NCBI GenBank assembly: GCA_047620485.1
Contig: JBLHKT010000027.1
Span: forward strand, 1-58,239
Direction of reading: 5' to 3'
DNA from: Phycisphaerales bacterium
Lineage (GTDB): Bacteria > Planctomycetota > Phycisphaerae > Phycisphaerales > UBA1924
Length of the DNA: 58,239 bases
Positions within the stretch are counted from its first letter, which is position 1. The number at the start of each line of letters is the position of its first letter. Under the pieces are notes generated by a model. That model did no database searches. It worked only from the letters and a program-made list of their open reading frames with translations, and was not told the origin of the DNA. Shown piece by piece: positions 16,206 to 24,220 of this stretch. The translations under genes were made by a program, and so were the position numbers.

Positions 16206-16618
16206 TCGTGACTCCCGATTGTGTCCGATTCGCCGGAGCGTGGAAAGAACCGTCGCCCGGAGGCCGCAGACTTGATCGCGTTAATGAGATCCTCGCCCAT
16301 GCGTGGCTTGATCACGTACGCCAAGGCACCGGCCTCGAAGGCTTCCTTGCGGTAGTCCGGGTCGTCGTGGATGGAGAGAAAGACGATGCCCGCCTTCTGA
16401 GACGATTCCCGGAGCGCTCTGGCAACCTTGAACCCGTTCATGCCCGGCATGGCGATATCCAGCACGGTGACATCGGCCTGAACCCGTGCCGCCGCCGCGA
16501 GCAGCGACGGCCCGTCGCCTACGGACGCCACGATCTCAAAGACTGGCCGCAACAGGTTCTCGATCTGTGCGAGCATGCCCTCGTGATCCTCCGCGATGAG
16601 TACCCGGATTCGGTCCAT
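16202..16618 (-). CDS. Single-domain CheY-like response-regulator receiver protein (138 aa)
   Basis: Receiver-domain motifs (VLIAEDH...DIAMPGMNG...); stop overlaps the amtB start by 4 nt. Confidence 0.8.
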   Translation of the reverse strand: MDRIRVLIAEDHEGMLAQIENLLRPVFEIVASVGDGPSLLAAAARVQADVTVLDIAMPGMNGFKVARALRESSQKAGIVFLSIHDDPDYRKEAFEAGALAYVIKPRMGEDLINAIKSAASGRRFFPRSGESDTIGSHE

Positions 16619-16707
16619 GGTTTCGGCTCGTCCAACTGATCTGAATCCGGCGTGTCCACGAGACCACCGGGCGAGTCTGTTTGTAGTGGAGACGACCCGC
16701 TGCGGCT

Positions 16708-16752
16708 ACTGTCAAAACTGACAGTTGTCACGACCGAATATTGACAGTTGTT
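16708..16752. promoter_or_regulatory. Candidate operator: two direct TGACAGTTG repeats 23 nt apart (16719-16727 and 16742-16750), each embedded in a TGTCA-N-TGACA inverted arrangement
   Basis: Read directly from the 170-nt intergenic region upstream of the receiver-amtB-glnK-glnA array and downstream of the NarL-type regulator gene. Confidence 0.35.
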
Positions 16753-16789
16753 TAGGGAGCGAACGGTCCAGATATAGATGTGGACAGAC

Positions 16790-17425
16790 CTATGACGAGC
16801 ACAGCCCGTTTCGAATCCCGTACTGGATCAGCTCAGCGCTCGTGGCGATCCCCAGCTGCTGCATCATCCGGTACTTGTGGTACGCCACCGTCCGGGCGGT
16901 GATGTGCAGCGTGCCCGCGATCTCTTTCATCGTGCGCCCCTCGGCGAGCAGCTGCAGCACCTCCCGCTGCCTCGTCGAGAGCCTTGAAGACGGACGCTGC
17001 GATTGATCCTCGCCGAGCGCGACCATGATCTCCTGGGCCAATGTCGGCGGAACGTGGGTCCCACCCTCGAGCGCCACGTTCACCGCGAGGAACAGCTCGG
17101 AGGCCGCGGCGGTCTTGAGCAGATACCCCGAGGCCCCGAGCCGAAAAGCCTCGGCCGCCACGATTGGGTCCTCGTTCACCGTCATGTACACGACCCGGAT
17201 CCCCGGGCAGCGTTCGAGCAGCAGTCGGCCTGCATCGAGCCCGTTGAGCTCGGGCATCGAGATGTCCAGCAGGGCGATGTCGGGCCTGAGCCGCTCGCCA
17301 GCCTCGACCGCCGCCCGCCCGTTGGATACCGCTGCCACGATCTCGAACTCGGGCTCGAGCAGCGACTGGAACGCTTCGAGAAGCATCCGGTGATCGTCAG
17401 CGATGAGGACTCGGGGCTTTTTCAT
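16790..17425 (-). CDS. NarL/LuxR-family response regulator (receiver plus LuxR-type HTH, 211 aa)
   Basis: Receiver-domain N-terminus and C-terminal ...LSTRQREVLQLLAEGRTMKEIAGTLHITARTVAYHK... HTH. Confidence 0.85.
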   Translation of the reverse strand: MKKPRVLIADDHRMLLEAFQSLLEPEFEIVAAVSNGRAAVEAGERLRPDIALLDISMPELNGLDAGRLLLERCPGIRVVYMTVNEDPIVAAEAFRLGASGYLLKTAAASELFLAVNVALEGGTHVPPTLAQEIMVALGEDQSQRPSSRLSTRQREVLQLLAEGRTMKEIAGTLHITARTVAYHKYRMMQQLGIATSAELIQYGIRNGLCSS

Positions 17426-17450
17426 GGGGTTTCGTTTGGATCGGTTCGTG

Positions 17451-20315
17451 TTAGCTCGTCTTGGGAGGGTCCTGAGGCTCGAGATCGGTCGACAGTATAA
17501 CCGAGATCAGTGTTCCCTTCCCCGGGCTCGAGTCCACAGAGATCTGTCCACCTGCAAACCGGACCCGCTCTCGCATGCTCAGCAGCCCCAGCCTGGTGTC
17601 GCCCCCGCCCGTGTTACCCTCGACGTCGAAGCCTTGTCCGTTGTCACTGATCTCAAGACATACGGTCTTGGCATTGACCGTCATCATGACCTCCGCCCTT
17701 GTTGCCTCGCTGTGCTTCACTACGTTCCGCAGTGCCTCCTGGATCACTCGGTACAGGCAGAGCTTTACCGCAGGGGTCAGGGTGTCGATCTCGCCGTGGG
17801 TCTCGAAGTCGATCTCGACCAGCTCGGCCTTGGTAATCTCGTGGCAGAATGCCCGCACCGCCAGCACCAGCCCGAGCTGGTCGAGCTTGGCAGGGTGCAG
17901 GCTGTGCGAGATGTCGTGGACATCGCGTGAGATCGATCGCAGGTCATCGCAGATCGATTGGATCGTCTCGGGCTGGGGCTCTTCCGAGTGTGCGATGGTC
18001 CCGGCCTTGATCGAGACCAGCGCCAGGCGTTGCCCGAGGTCGTCGTGCAGGTCGCGTGCGATGCGACTGCGTTCGAATTCCTGAGAATTGATCAGGTGAC
18101 CCGCGAGCTCTCGGGTTGAACGCTCAGCCGCTCGCCGATGTTCGACCTCGGCCGTTAGCCGGCGATGTCTCCTTCTCGCCAGGAAGGCACGATGTTCGTA
18201 GAGAAGCACACAAAACCCCACAGCCAGCAGCCCGGCACCAATCCTGACCCACACGAGTTCATAGAACAGCGCCGGAATCCTCAGATCAATCCTCGCGACC
18301 TTTTCGCTCCTGGTGCCGTCCTCGCCGACCGTTCGAACCTCAAAGCGATAGCGGCCCGGGTCCAGGTCGCCGTACCGGATGTGCCGGTCCGACCCGCCCG
18401 CTCGCCACTCGTCATGAAGCCCGATCAGTCGGTGCTCAAACTCGGCATTGCCCGGGTCGTGCAGCCATGGGGCGGTGAATCCAACCGCGATGTCTCGGTC
18501 GCCCATCGGGATTTCAACCTCACCCGAGACTGGGAACGCTTTGGTACCCGACGAAACCTCGGTCAATTCCGGGCGTGGTGGCGCCGCCGCGGCTGGAGTG
18601 ACCCGGGGATCCACGACGAGCAGTCCTGCCGAGTTTGGCATCGCCAAGAGGCCCGAGCTGGTTCGAACCCCGATCCCGATTACGCATTCACTCATATTGA
18701 ACGATCGGCAGCGCAGCCGCTCGATCCGCCCGTCGGCCACCGCGTTGGCGTCTTCAAGCGTGCAACTGATCAGTCCCGCGTTCGTGTTGAGCCACAGCGT
18801 GCCGGTCCCGTCATCGAGAATCTGTGACACGCTGTCGTTGAGCAGCCCGTGCCGCCCGTCGATCCATCGAAACTCGCCGTCATCGAATCTGGCGATACCG
18901 CCGCCGTAGCTGCCGATCCAGACCGTCCCGTCCGAGGCTTGGTGGAACGTACGGATCTCGCCGTAGCTCGAACCGGGATCCTTGCGATGTTCCGTGATCT
19001 CGTCACCCACCCTGTGCCAGATCTGATTGTCCTGCACGAACCAGATCGAGTCCTCGCGATCGATCATCAGGCTGTACGGTGATGTTGATTCATCCTGTGG
19101 CGATTCCGGCGCTGTTGTCTTCCCCGGAGCGTGATGTTCCTCGAACGATTCACCGTCGAATGACACCAGCCGCCCGGGGGCGCCGAACCAGATTAGACCA
19201 CGGCTGTCCTCGACGAGATTCGAAGGCAGGCCCATGCTTAAAAACGGATACGGGTATCGGGACCAAACGCCGTCGCGGCGATTCGAAAGGCTATCGGTAT
19301 TGAGTGTCCAGAGTGTCCCATCACGGGCGGTCAGCAGTGACCAATTTGTGCCGATCATCCCCACAGGCACGTTGGGGACAGGGTTTACCCCTCCCGCCTC
19401 GTTCAATCGCATCAGCGGAGGGGCGTTGCCGACCGTGAAGTAGAGCCCGCCCTGCCCGTCATCGGCGACTACAAAGGCTGCGCCCGGCAAGAACTTCTCG
19501 GCGTACTGCACCTCAAAGAAGGGTTGTTTTATGAACAACGCCAGTCCGCCGGTGAACCCGATCCAGTACTGCCCGTCGCGATCTTGAAACACCGATCGGA
19601 TTGTTCGGTTCGGGATTTCGATCCGTGCTTCTCTCTTGACTCGGTCTTGATCGACACGGTCCAACTCAAGCCCGGCCAGCCGCTGTTTGATCACGTGCTC
19701 GATGGTTCGGTCCGATCGCAGCTTCTGTGTCGTACGGTCGAACCACCGGCCGCCATCAACGTCGGCCCACAGCGTCCCCTCCTGATCCTCGGCGAACCAA
19801 TGGACTTGGAACTCAGCTGACACGTCGCGTTTCTTCATCTGCTCAAACTCGCCCTCACGGTACCGCGCGACGTCTCCAAACTGCGAGCCGATCCAGAGCA
19901 CACCCTCGCGGTCAACATAGAGAGCCGTCACACGACTGCTGCCGAGTTCTGAAACCGTTGACATTGAGTAGGTCTCAAAGCGATACCCGTCGAAGCGTGC
20001 CAGCCCGCCGAACGTGCCGATCCAGAGAAACCCGTCCGGGGTCTGGGCAACGCAGGTCACCGACATCTGTGGGAGCCCGTCAGCGACCGTCCAGAACCGC
20101 CTCAGCTGATACCGGCTCGGATCGGGGTCACCCACACTCTGAGCTGTGGGTGGTGTTTTCGATGGCTGGACAGCACCCGCCCCACCCCAGGTGAGCATCA
20201 AGGCAACCGCGAATATTGACCGAAATCGTTTCACGCGAGAGCTCCAAGAAGAAACCAAGCATACTCGCGCAAACTCGGGTGGCCGAGTATTCCGCAGGTT
20301 GTCTCGCGGGCACAT
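17451..20315 (-). CDS. Sensor histidine kinase: periplasmic beta-propeller (two-component regulator propeller / Y_Y_Y-like) sensor, TM, NarX-type HisKA_3 dimerisation domain and HATPase_c
   Basis: H-box ARDLHDDLGQRLALVS and an ATPase G-box region at the C-terminus. Signal peptide begins around residue 28, so the true start is probably near 20234 (alternative start). Confidence 0.8.
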   Translation of the reverse strand: MCPRDNLRNTRPPEFARVCLVSSWSSRVKRFRSIFAVALMLTWGGAGAVQPSKTPPTAQSVGDPDPSRYQLRRFWTVADGLPQMSVTCVAQTPDGFLWIGTFGGLARFDGYRFETYSMSTVSELGSSRVTALYVDREGVLWIGSQFGDVARYREGEFEQMKKRDVSAEFQVHWFAEDQEGTLWADVDGGRWFDRTTQKLRSDRTIEHVIKQRLAGLELDRVDQDRVKREARIEIPNRTIRSVFQDRDGQYWIGFTGGLALFIKQPFFEVQYAEKFLPGAAFVVADDGQGGLYFTVGNAPPLMRLNEAGGVNPVPNVPVGMIGTNWSLLTARDGTLWTLNTDSLSNRRDGVWSRYPYPFLSMGLPSNLVEDSRGLIWFGAPGRLVSFDGESFEEHHAPGKTTAPESPQDESTSPYSLMIDREDSIWFVQDNQIWHRVGDEITEHRKDPGSSYGEIRTFHQASDGTVWIGSYGGGIARFDDGEFRWIDGRHGLLNDSVSQILDDGTGTLWLNTNAGLISCTLEDANAVADGRIERLRCRSFNMSECVIGIGVRTSSGLLAMPNSAGLLVVDPRVTPAAAAPPRPELTEVSSGTKAFPVSGEVEIPMGDRDIAVGFTAPWLHDPGNAEFEHRLIGLHDEWRAGGSDRHIRYGDLDPGRYRFEVRTVGEDGTRSEKVARIDLRIPALFYELVWVRIGAGLLAVGFCVLLYEHRAFLARRRHRRLTAEVEHRRAAERSTRELAGHLINSQEFERSRIARDLHDDLGQRLALVSIKAGTIAHSEEPQPETIQSICDDLRSISRDVHDISHSLHPAKLDQLGLVLAVRAFCHEITKAELVEIDFETHGEIDTLTPAVKLCLYRVIQEALRNVVKHSEATRAEVMMTVNAKTVCLEISDNGQGFDVEGNTGGGDTRLGLLSMRERVRFAGGQISVDSSPGKGTLISVILSTDLEPQDPPKTS

Positions 20316-20380
20316 TCAAATCTTGATTGGGCGATACGCGATGAGGATTGTCAAAGACGATGTCCTTGCTCTAGGAGCAC

Positions 20381-20668
20381 GTGGACGAGAGCTACACGTC
20401 GACGTTTGCTGCCGACCGGGTCAGCCAGCAGTTCTGGGGTGCTCGGTACATCGACGACGCGGTGGCCAAGCGGCTGGACAACAACGCGGACGGCGACTAC
20501 CTCGACACCGCCGGCACGGCGGACTCGGCGTGGTACTACCTGACGGACAGCCAGTTCAGCGTCCGCCAAGTGGTGGACGAGTTCGGCGACCTGTACGAGC
20601 GGCTGGACTACACGCCCTACGGCGAGCCGCGCCACAGCTACGCCGCGGATGTGTGGAGTGCTCTCTAG
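20381..20668 (+). pseudogene. Orphan fragment (about 95 aa) of an RHS/YD-repeat core (AWYYLTDSQFSVRQVVDEFGDLYERLDYTPYGE)
   Basis: Matches the canonical RHS repeat-associated pattern YYxxDHLGS..D..G......Y.PFGE but has no upstream repeats or downstream toxin tip. It converges on and overlaps the recombinase stop by 4 nt. Confidence 0.5.
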
Positions 20669-21240
20669 GCCCTGTTCTTCATCGCCCTGATCACATCCGC
20701 GGGCATCAGGTGGTCCAGATACCTCGCCGTGGTCGCGATCGACTGGTGCCCGAGCTGCTTGGAGATAATCGCGATGTCCACGCCCTCGGCCCGAAGCTCA
20801 GCCGCGTGGGTATGCCGCAGGCCGTGGGGGTGAACCCGCTTGTCGATCCCGGCCCTCACTCCCAGCCGCTTGAGGAGCAGCCGCGCGTACCCGGGCGTGA
20901 GGGGATCACCGTATGAGGTACACAGAAGTGGGGCGATCGGGACCAGACCGAGCCCGCTGCGGGCTACCAGCCACTCAGAAATGTGCGAGGCCCCGCCGGG
21001 GTCAATGCCAACGGTGCGAGATCGTCCCCCCTTGGCGTGCAGCACGCGGACCGCGCCGGCTTCAAGGTCGAGGTCCTTCGGGGCCAGCGCCAGCGTCTCG
21101 CTGATCCGGAGCCCGGCCCGGTAGAGCAGCGCCACCAGGGCCGCGTTTCGGAGGCCCGTGGGATGCCCGGTGTCGCACGCGGCCAGTAGCCTGGCGGCTT
21201 CGCCCCGGCTGAGGACCTCGGGCGGCAGACGGCGGACCGT
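20665..21240 (-). CDS. Tyrosine recombinase catalytic domain (XerC/D/phage-integrase family) lacking a recognisable N-terminal core-binding domain; must use a non-ATG start
   Basis: Catalytic residues present: R in AGLRISE, K in LHAKGGR, HGLRHTH, and the terminal TTARYLDH Tyr. The long ORF extends to 21579 but its upstream part is Pro/Gly-rich low complexity and overlaps the 21417-21647 gene on the same strand. Confidence 0.7.
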   Translation of the reverse strand, partial: TVRRLPPEVLSRGEAARLLAACDTGHPTGLRNAALVALLYRAGLRISETLALAPKDLDLEAGAVRVLHAKGGRSRTVGIDPGGASHISEWLVARSGLGLVPIAPLLCTSYGDPLTPGYARLLLKRLGVRAGIDKRVHPHGLRHTHAAELRAEGVDIAIISKQLGHQSIATTARYLDHLMPADVIRAMKNRA

Positions 21241-21416
21241 GGGGGCCCGTGGGCCAACCGGACCGGACTCTCCCGCAGCACCCTCGGTCTGGCCTCCGGT
21301 CTCGCCGGCGGCGGGGGGCCTGTCTCGGGTCGGCGGGCCGCCCCGGGCCTCGCCGCTATGCCAGTGTCGCTTTTCGTACAAAGCGCTACTGTCATACCTC
21401 AAGGCCCGAGCATGGA

Positions 21417-21647
21417 TCAAGGCGGGTTGTCGAAATTCTCGGCCCCGTCCCGAGGCCGGCACTCCACGAACGTCACGTGGACCACGGTCTGCGCCTCGAG
21501 CCCGCACTTCGAGCACGTCGGCAGCGGGTCGTCCTCCTGCCCCGGCCACACCCACGCCACCGCGCCGAACCCCTTGCACGAGGTACAGACGCCCGGGTCG
21601 AGGCTCTTCTCGATGCGGGCTAGGCGTGCCCTGATCTTTGCACTCAC
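21417..21647 (-). CDS. Small zinc-ribbon protein (76 aa; two C-x2-C pairs, TSCKG...CSKCG)
   Basis: ORF with ATG; its start overlaps the stop of the upstream HTH gene by 4 nt. Cys spacing is typical of phage-borne zinc-ribbon proteins. Confidence 0.45.
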   Translation of the reverse strand: MSAKIRARLARIEKSLDPGVCTSCKGFGAVAWVWPGQEDDPLPTCSKCGLEAQTVVHVTFVECRPRDGAENFDNPP

Positions 21648-22081
21648 ACCAACCCCCCCGGCCCGGACTCAGCGATCAGCCGCTCCAGCTCGGCGAGCCG
21701 ACTGGCCAGGTCGTCCAGCTCGATCCCCTCGCGCGCGTTGCGGAGCAGCGTGGTCGCGGCGTTGACCCGCGCGGTGTGCGGGGCCTTGGGATTGACCATG
21801 ATCTGGGCCAGCGTCTGCACCGCGGCTGCGGCGTACTGCTGCATGAGTCCGACGGCCTGTCCGTAGGCGTCGCGGCGAGCGGCCCGGTACGCACGCGAGA
21901 AGTCGTCGCGCCTCATCCACAAGTACAGCGTGCGCTCGCTGATACCGATGGCCTGGGCGGCCTTGAGGATCGTGGGGTAACTGAGCAGCGCCACGATGGC
22001 GCGCTCGTACCGCCGCTTGAGATGTCCGGGCTCCTCTTTCTCCAGCTCGTCCCGGTCGAACATGTCCCCTTGCGAAACCAT
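21644..22081 (-). CDS. Helix-turn-helix DNA-binding protein (146 aa), phage regulator / terminase-small-subunit-like
   Basis: ...PTILKAAQAIGISERTLYLWMRRDDF... HTH. The long upstream Trp/Arg-rich extension of the ORF is taken as a frame artefact. Confidence 0.55.
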   Translation of the reverse strand: MVSQGDMFDRDELEKEEPGHLKRRYERAIVALLSYPTILKAAQAIGISERTLYLWMRRDDFSRAYRAARRDAYGQAVGLMQQYAAAAVQTLAQIMVNPKAPHTARVNAATTLLRNAREGIELDDLASRLAELERLIAESGPGGLV

Positions 22082-22194
22082 GGCTAAACCCCCTGTGTAA
22101 AAAGTCTGAGAATCTGGCCAGAACGGCCTTGATGTGTGCGCCGACATCCGCCTGCATGGTGGTTGGCCCCGAAGTGGGGCCCAAAGGAGCAGCC

Positions 22195-22707
22195 ATGTCG
22201 AAGAAGACCAGCGCGTCGAAACCCGCCAAGAAATCGCCCGCCAAGAAGCCCGTCCCCAAGCCCAAATCCTCGCCCACAGCGGCTGTGTCGCCAACGTCCG
22301 GGCCCAGCGCCAAGAAGACGGGGACCGGGGCCACCAAGGCGACCAAGCGCCCCGTGGCCAACGAGGCGCCCCCAGCGCCCGCAGCGCCCGATGCACCCGT
22401 CGCGCCACCGGTGCCGACGAAGCCCGCGAAGCGCCCCCCGGTGCCCCTCGCCAAGTCCAACCCCCGCACCCAGCCCAAGCACCTCAGCGCCATCGACGCG
22501 GCGGCGATGGTTCTTGCCGAGGCCAAGGACCCGATGACCTGCAAGGCGATGGTCGAGGTGATGGCCGAGCAGGGGCTGTGGAAGCCCGCGACGGGCAAGA
22601 CCCCCGAGGCCACGCTCTACTCCTCGATCCACCGCGAGATCGCCAAGAAGAAAACCGAGGCCAGGTTCCGAAAGACTGGGCGCGGGCTGTTCGAAGTGGC
22701 TCGCTGA
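22195..22707 (+). CDS. Lysine/alanine/proline-rich histone-H1-like DNA-binding protein with C-terminal HARE-HTH domain (170 aa)
   Basis: KKPAKKSPAKKPVPKPK... tail followed by HLSAIDAAAMVLAEAKDPMTCKAMVEVMAEQGLWKPATGKTPEATLYSSIHREI...ARFRKTGRGLFEV, which fits the HARE-HTH fold seen in RpoE-delta-like proteins. Confidence 0.6.
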   Translation: MSKKTSASKPAKKSPAKKPVPKPKSSPTAAVSPTSGPSAKKTGTGATKATKRPVANEAPPAPAAPDAPVAPPVPTKPAKRPPVPLAKSNPRTQPKHLSAIDAAAMVLAEAKDPMTCKAMVEVMAEQGLWKPATGKTPEATLYSSIHREIAKKKTEARFRKTGRGLFEVAR

Positions 22708-22733
22708 GCAAGCGGAGTTGAAATCCTGAAGTC

Positions 22734-24065
22734 TCACGCCTCGGCCCCGGCCGGGGCGTTTTCTCTCGTCGCCTTCCTCCCCGTGAACTGCTCGAACCTC
22801 TGAATTATCACATCGCAGTACAGCGGGTCGATCTCCATGAGCAGGGCCTTGCGGCCGGTCCGCTCCGCAGCGATGAGCGTCGAGCCCGAGCCGCCGAAGA
22901 GATCCAGCACCCGCTCGCCCTCACGCGACGAGTACGACATCGCCCGCTCGGCCAGCTCCACAGGTTTTTCCGTCAAATGGACCATGCTCTGCGGCGTGAC
23001 CTTCTTCACCTCCCACAGGTCCGAGACGTTGTGGGGCCCGAGGAAGACGTGGGCCTTGCCCTCGCGCCAGCCGTAGAAGCACCACTCGTGCCCGCCCATG
23101 AAATCCTTGCGGCCCAGCACCGGGTGCAGCTTGTTCCAGATGATGGCCTGCGAGAAGTAGAGCCCGGTCTGCTTGAGGACCGGCGGGTAGTTGCCGCAGT
23201 TGAGGTACCCGCCCCAGATGTAGAAGCCGCGTCCGGGCTCGAGCACCCGCGCCATGTTCCCGAACCACGCCCCGAGCAGCCGCTCAAACTCCTCATCGGA
23301 GACGAAGTCGTTGATCAGCGGCCGGTCCTTGGGGCGAAGCTTCTCGTGCGTCGCCTTGGCCTTGGACGGGTGCCGCGCGAGGTCGCTCTTCTGCTGGTGG
23401 GTCGTGGCCTTGGTCGCGCTGGCGGGGAAGCTGGATAGCCCCGCCGCGATCGCGTTGTTGGAGCGTGGCTCGACGTTGACGTTGTACGGCGGGTCGGTAT
23501 TGACCAGCTGCACGGGCTTCCCCTCGACCAGCCGGTCCACGTCCGCCTCGCTCGACGAGTCGCCGCAGAGCAGCCGGTGATCACCCAGGACCCAGAGGTC
23601 ACCGGGCTGGGTGATGGCCTCGTCCGGGGCGCTGGGGATGCTGTCGGGGTCCGTGAGCCCGTCCGTGGGATCGGGGTCGAGCAGCCGCTGCAGCTCCCGG
23701 TCGTCGAAGCCCAGCGTGGTCAGGTCGATACCGAGGTCCATCAGCCCGTGCAGCTCCAGCGGCAGCAGCTCCAGGTCCCACTCGGCCATCTCGGCCGTGC
23801 GGTTGTCGGCGATCCGGTAGGCCCGGGCCTGCTCGGGTGTGAGGTCGGCCGCGACGTGCACCGGGACCTTGGCGAGCCCCAGTTCGGCCGCCGCTTTCCA
23901 GCGCGTGTGTCCGACGACGATGACGCCGTCGCCGTCCACGACGATGGGCTGGCGGAAGCCGTACTGCCGGATGGACTCGGCCACCGAGGCCACGGCCTTG
24001 TCGTTGAGACGCGGGTTGTGCTCGTACGGCCGGATGTCGGCCAACGCCTTCATTGAGATCTTCAT
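22734..24065 (-). CDS. ParB-like nuclease-domain / N6-adenine or N4-cytosine DNA methyltransferase fusion (orphan MTase, 443 aa)
   Basis: N-terminal ParB/Srx region (...QPIVVDGDGVIVVGHTRWKAA...), motif IV DPPY (NTDPPYNV) and motif I FGGSGST near the C-terminus. No cognate restriction gene nearby. Confidence 0.8.
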   Translation of the reverse strand: MKISMKALADIRPYEHNPRLNDKAVASVAESIRQYGFRQPIVVDGDGVIVVGHTRWKAAAELGLAKVPVHVAADLTPEQARAYRIADNRTAEMAEWDLELLPLELHGLMDLGIDLTTLGFDDRELQRLLDPDPTDGLTDPDSIPSAPDEAITQPGDLWVLGDHRLLCGDSSSEADVDRLVEGKPVQLVNTDPPYNVNVEPRSNNAIAAGLSSFPASATKATTHQQKSDLARHPSKAKATHEKLRPKDRPLINDFVSDEEFERLLGAWFGNMARVLEPGRGFYIWGGYLNCGNYPPVLKQTGLYFSQAIIWNKLHPVLGRKDFMGGHEWCFYGWREGKAHVFLGPHNVSDLWEVKKVTPQSMVHLTEKPVELAERAMSYSSREGERVLDLFGGSGSTLIAAERTGRKALLMEIDPLYCDVIIQRFEQFTGRKATRENAPAGAEA

Positions 24066-24220
24066 GGTTCCCCCCCGGGAAATGGTGTTCAGAACTGGAG
24101 TGCAAATGCGACTGTTACCGTTGTTACCGTGTTACCCGCTTCCCCCCCTTCTCTCTAGAACGATTGAGGAATAGAGCGATACACGTCAAGTCGGTAACAC
24201 GGTTACATCGGTAACGCTCC

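Noticed and set aside
16733-16770. TTGACA hexamer (16741-16746) as a sigma-70 -35 box
   Set aside because: The genes flanking this spacer are on the minus strand. On that strand the nearest -10-like hexamer is more than 24 nt away. Interpreted as part of an operator repeat instead.
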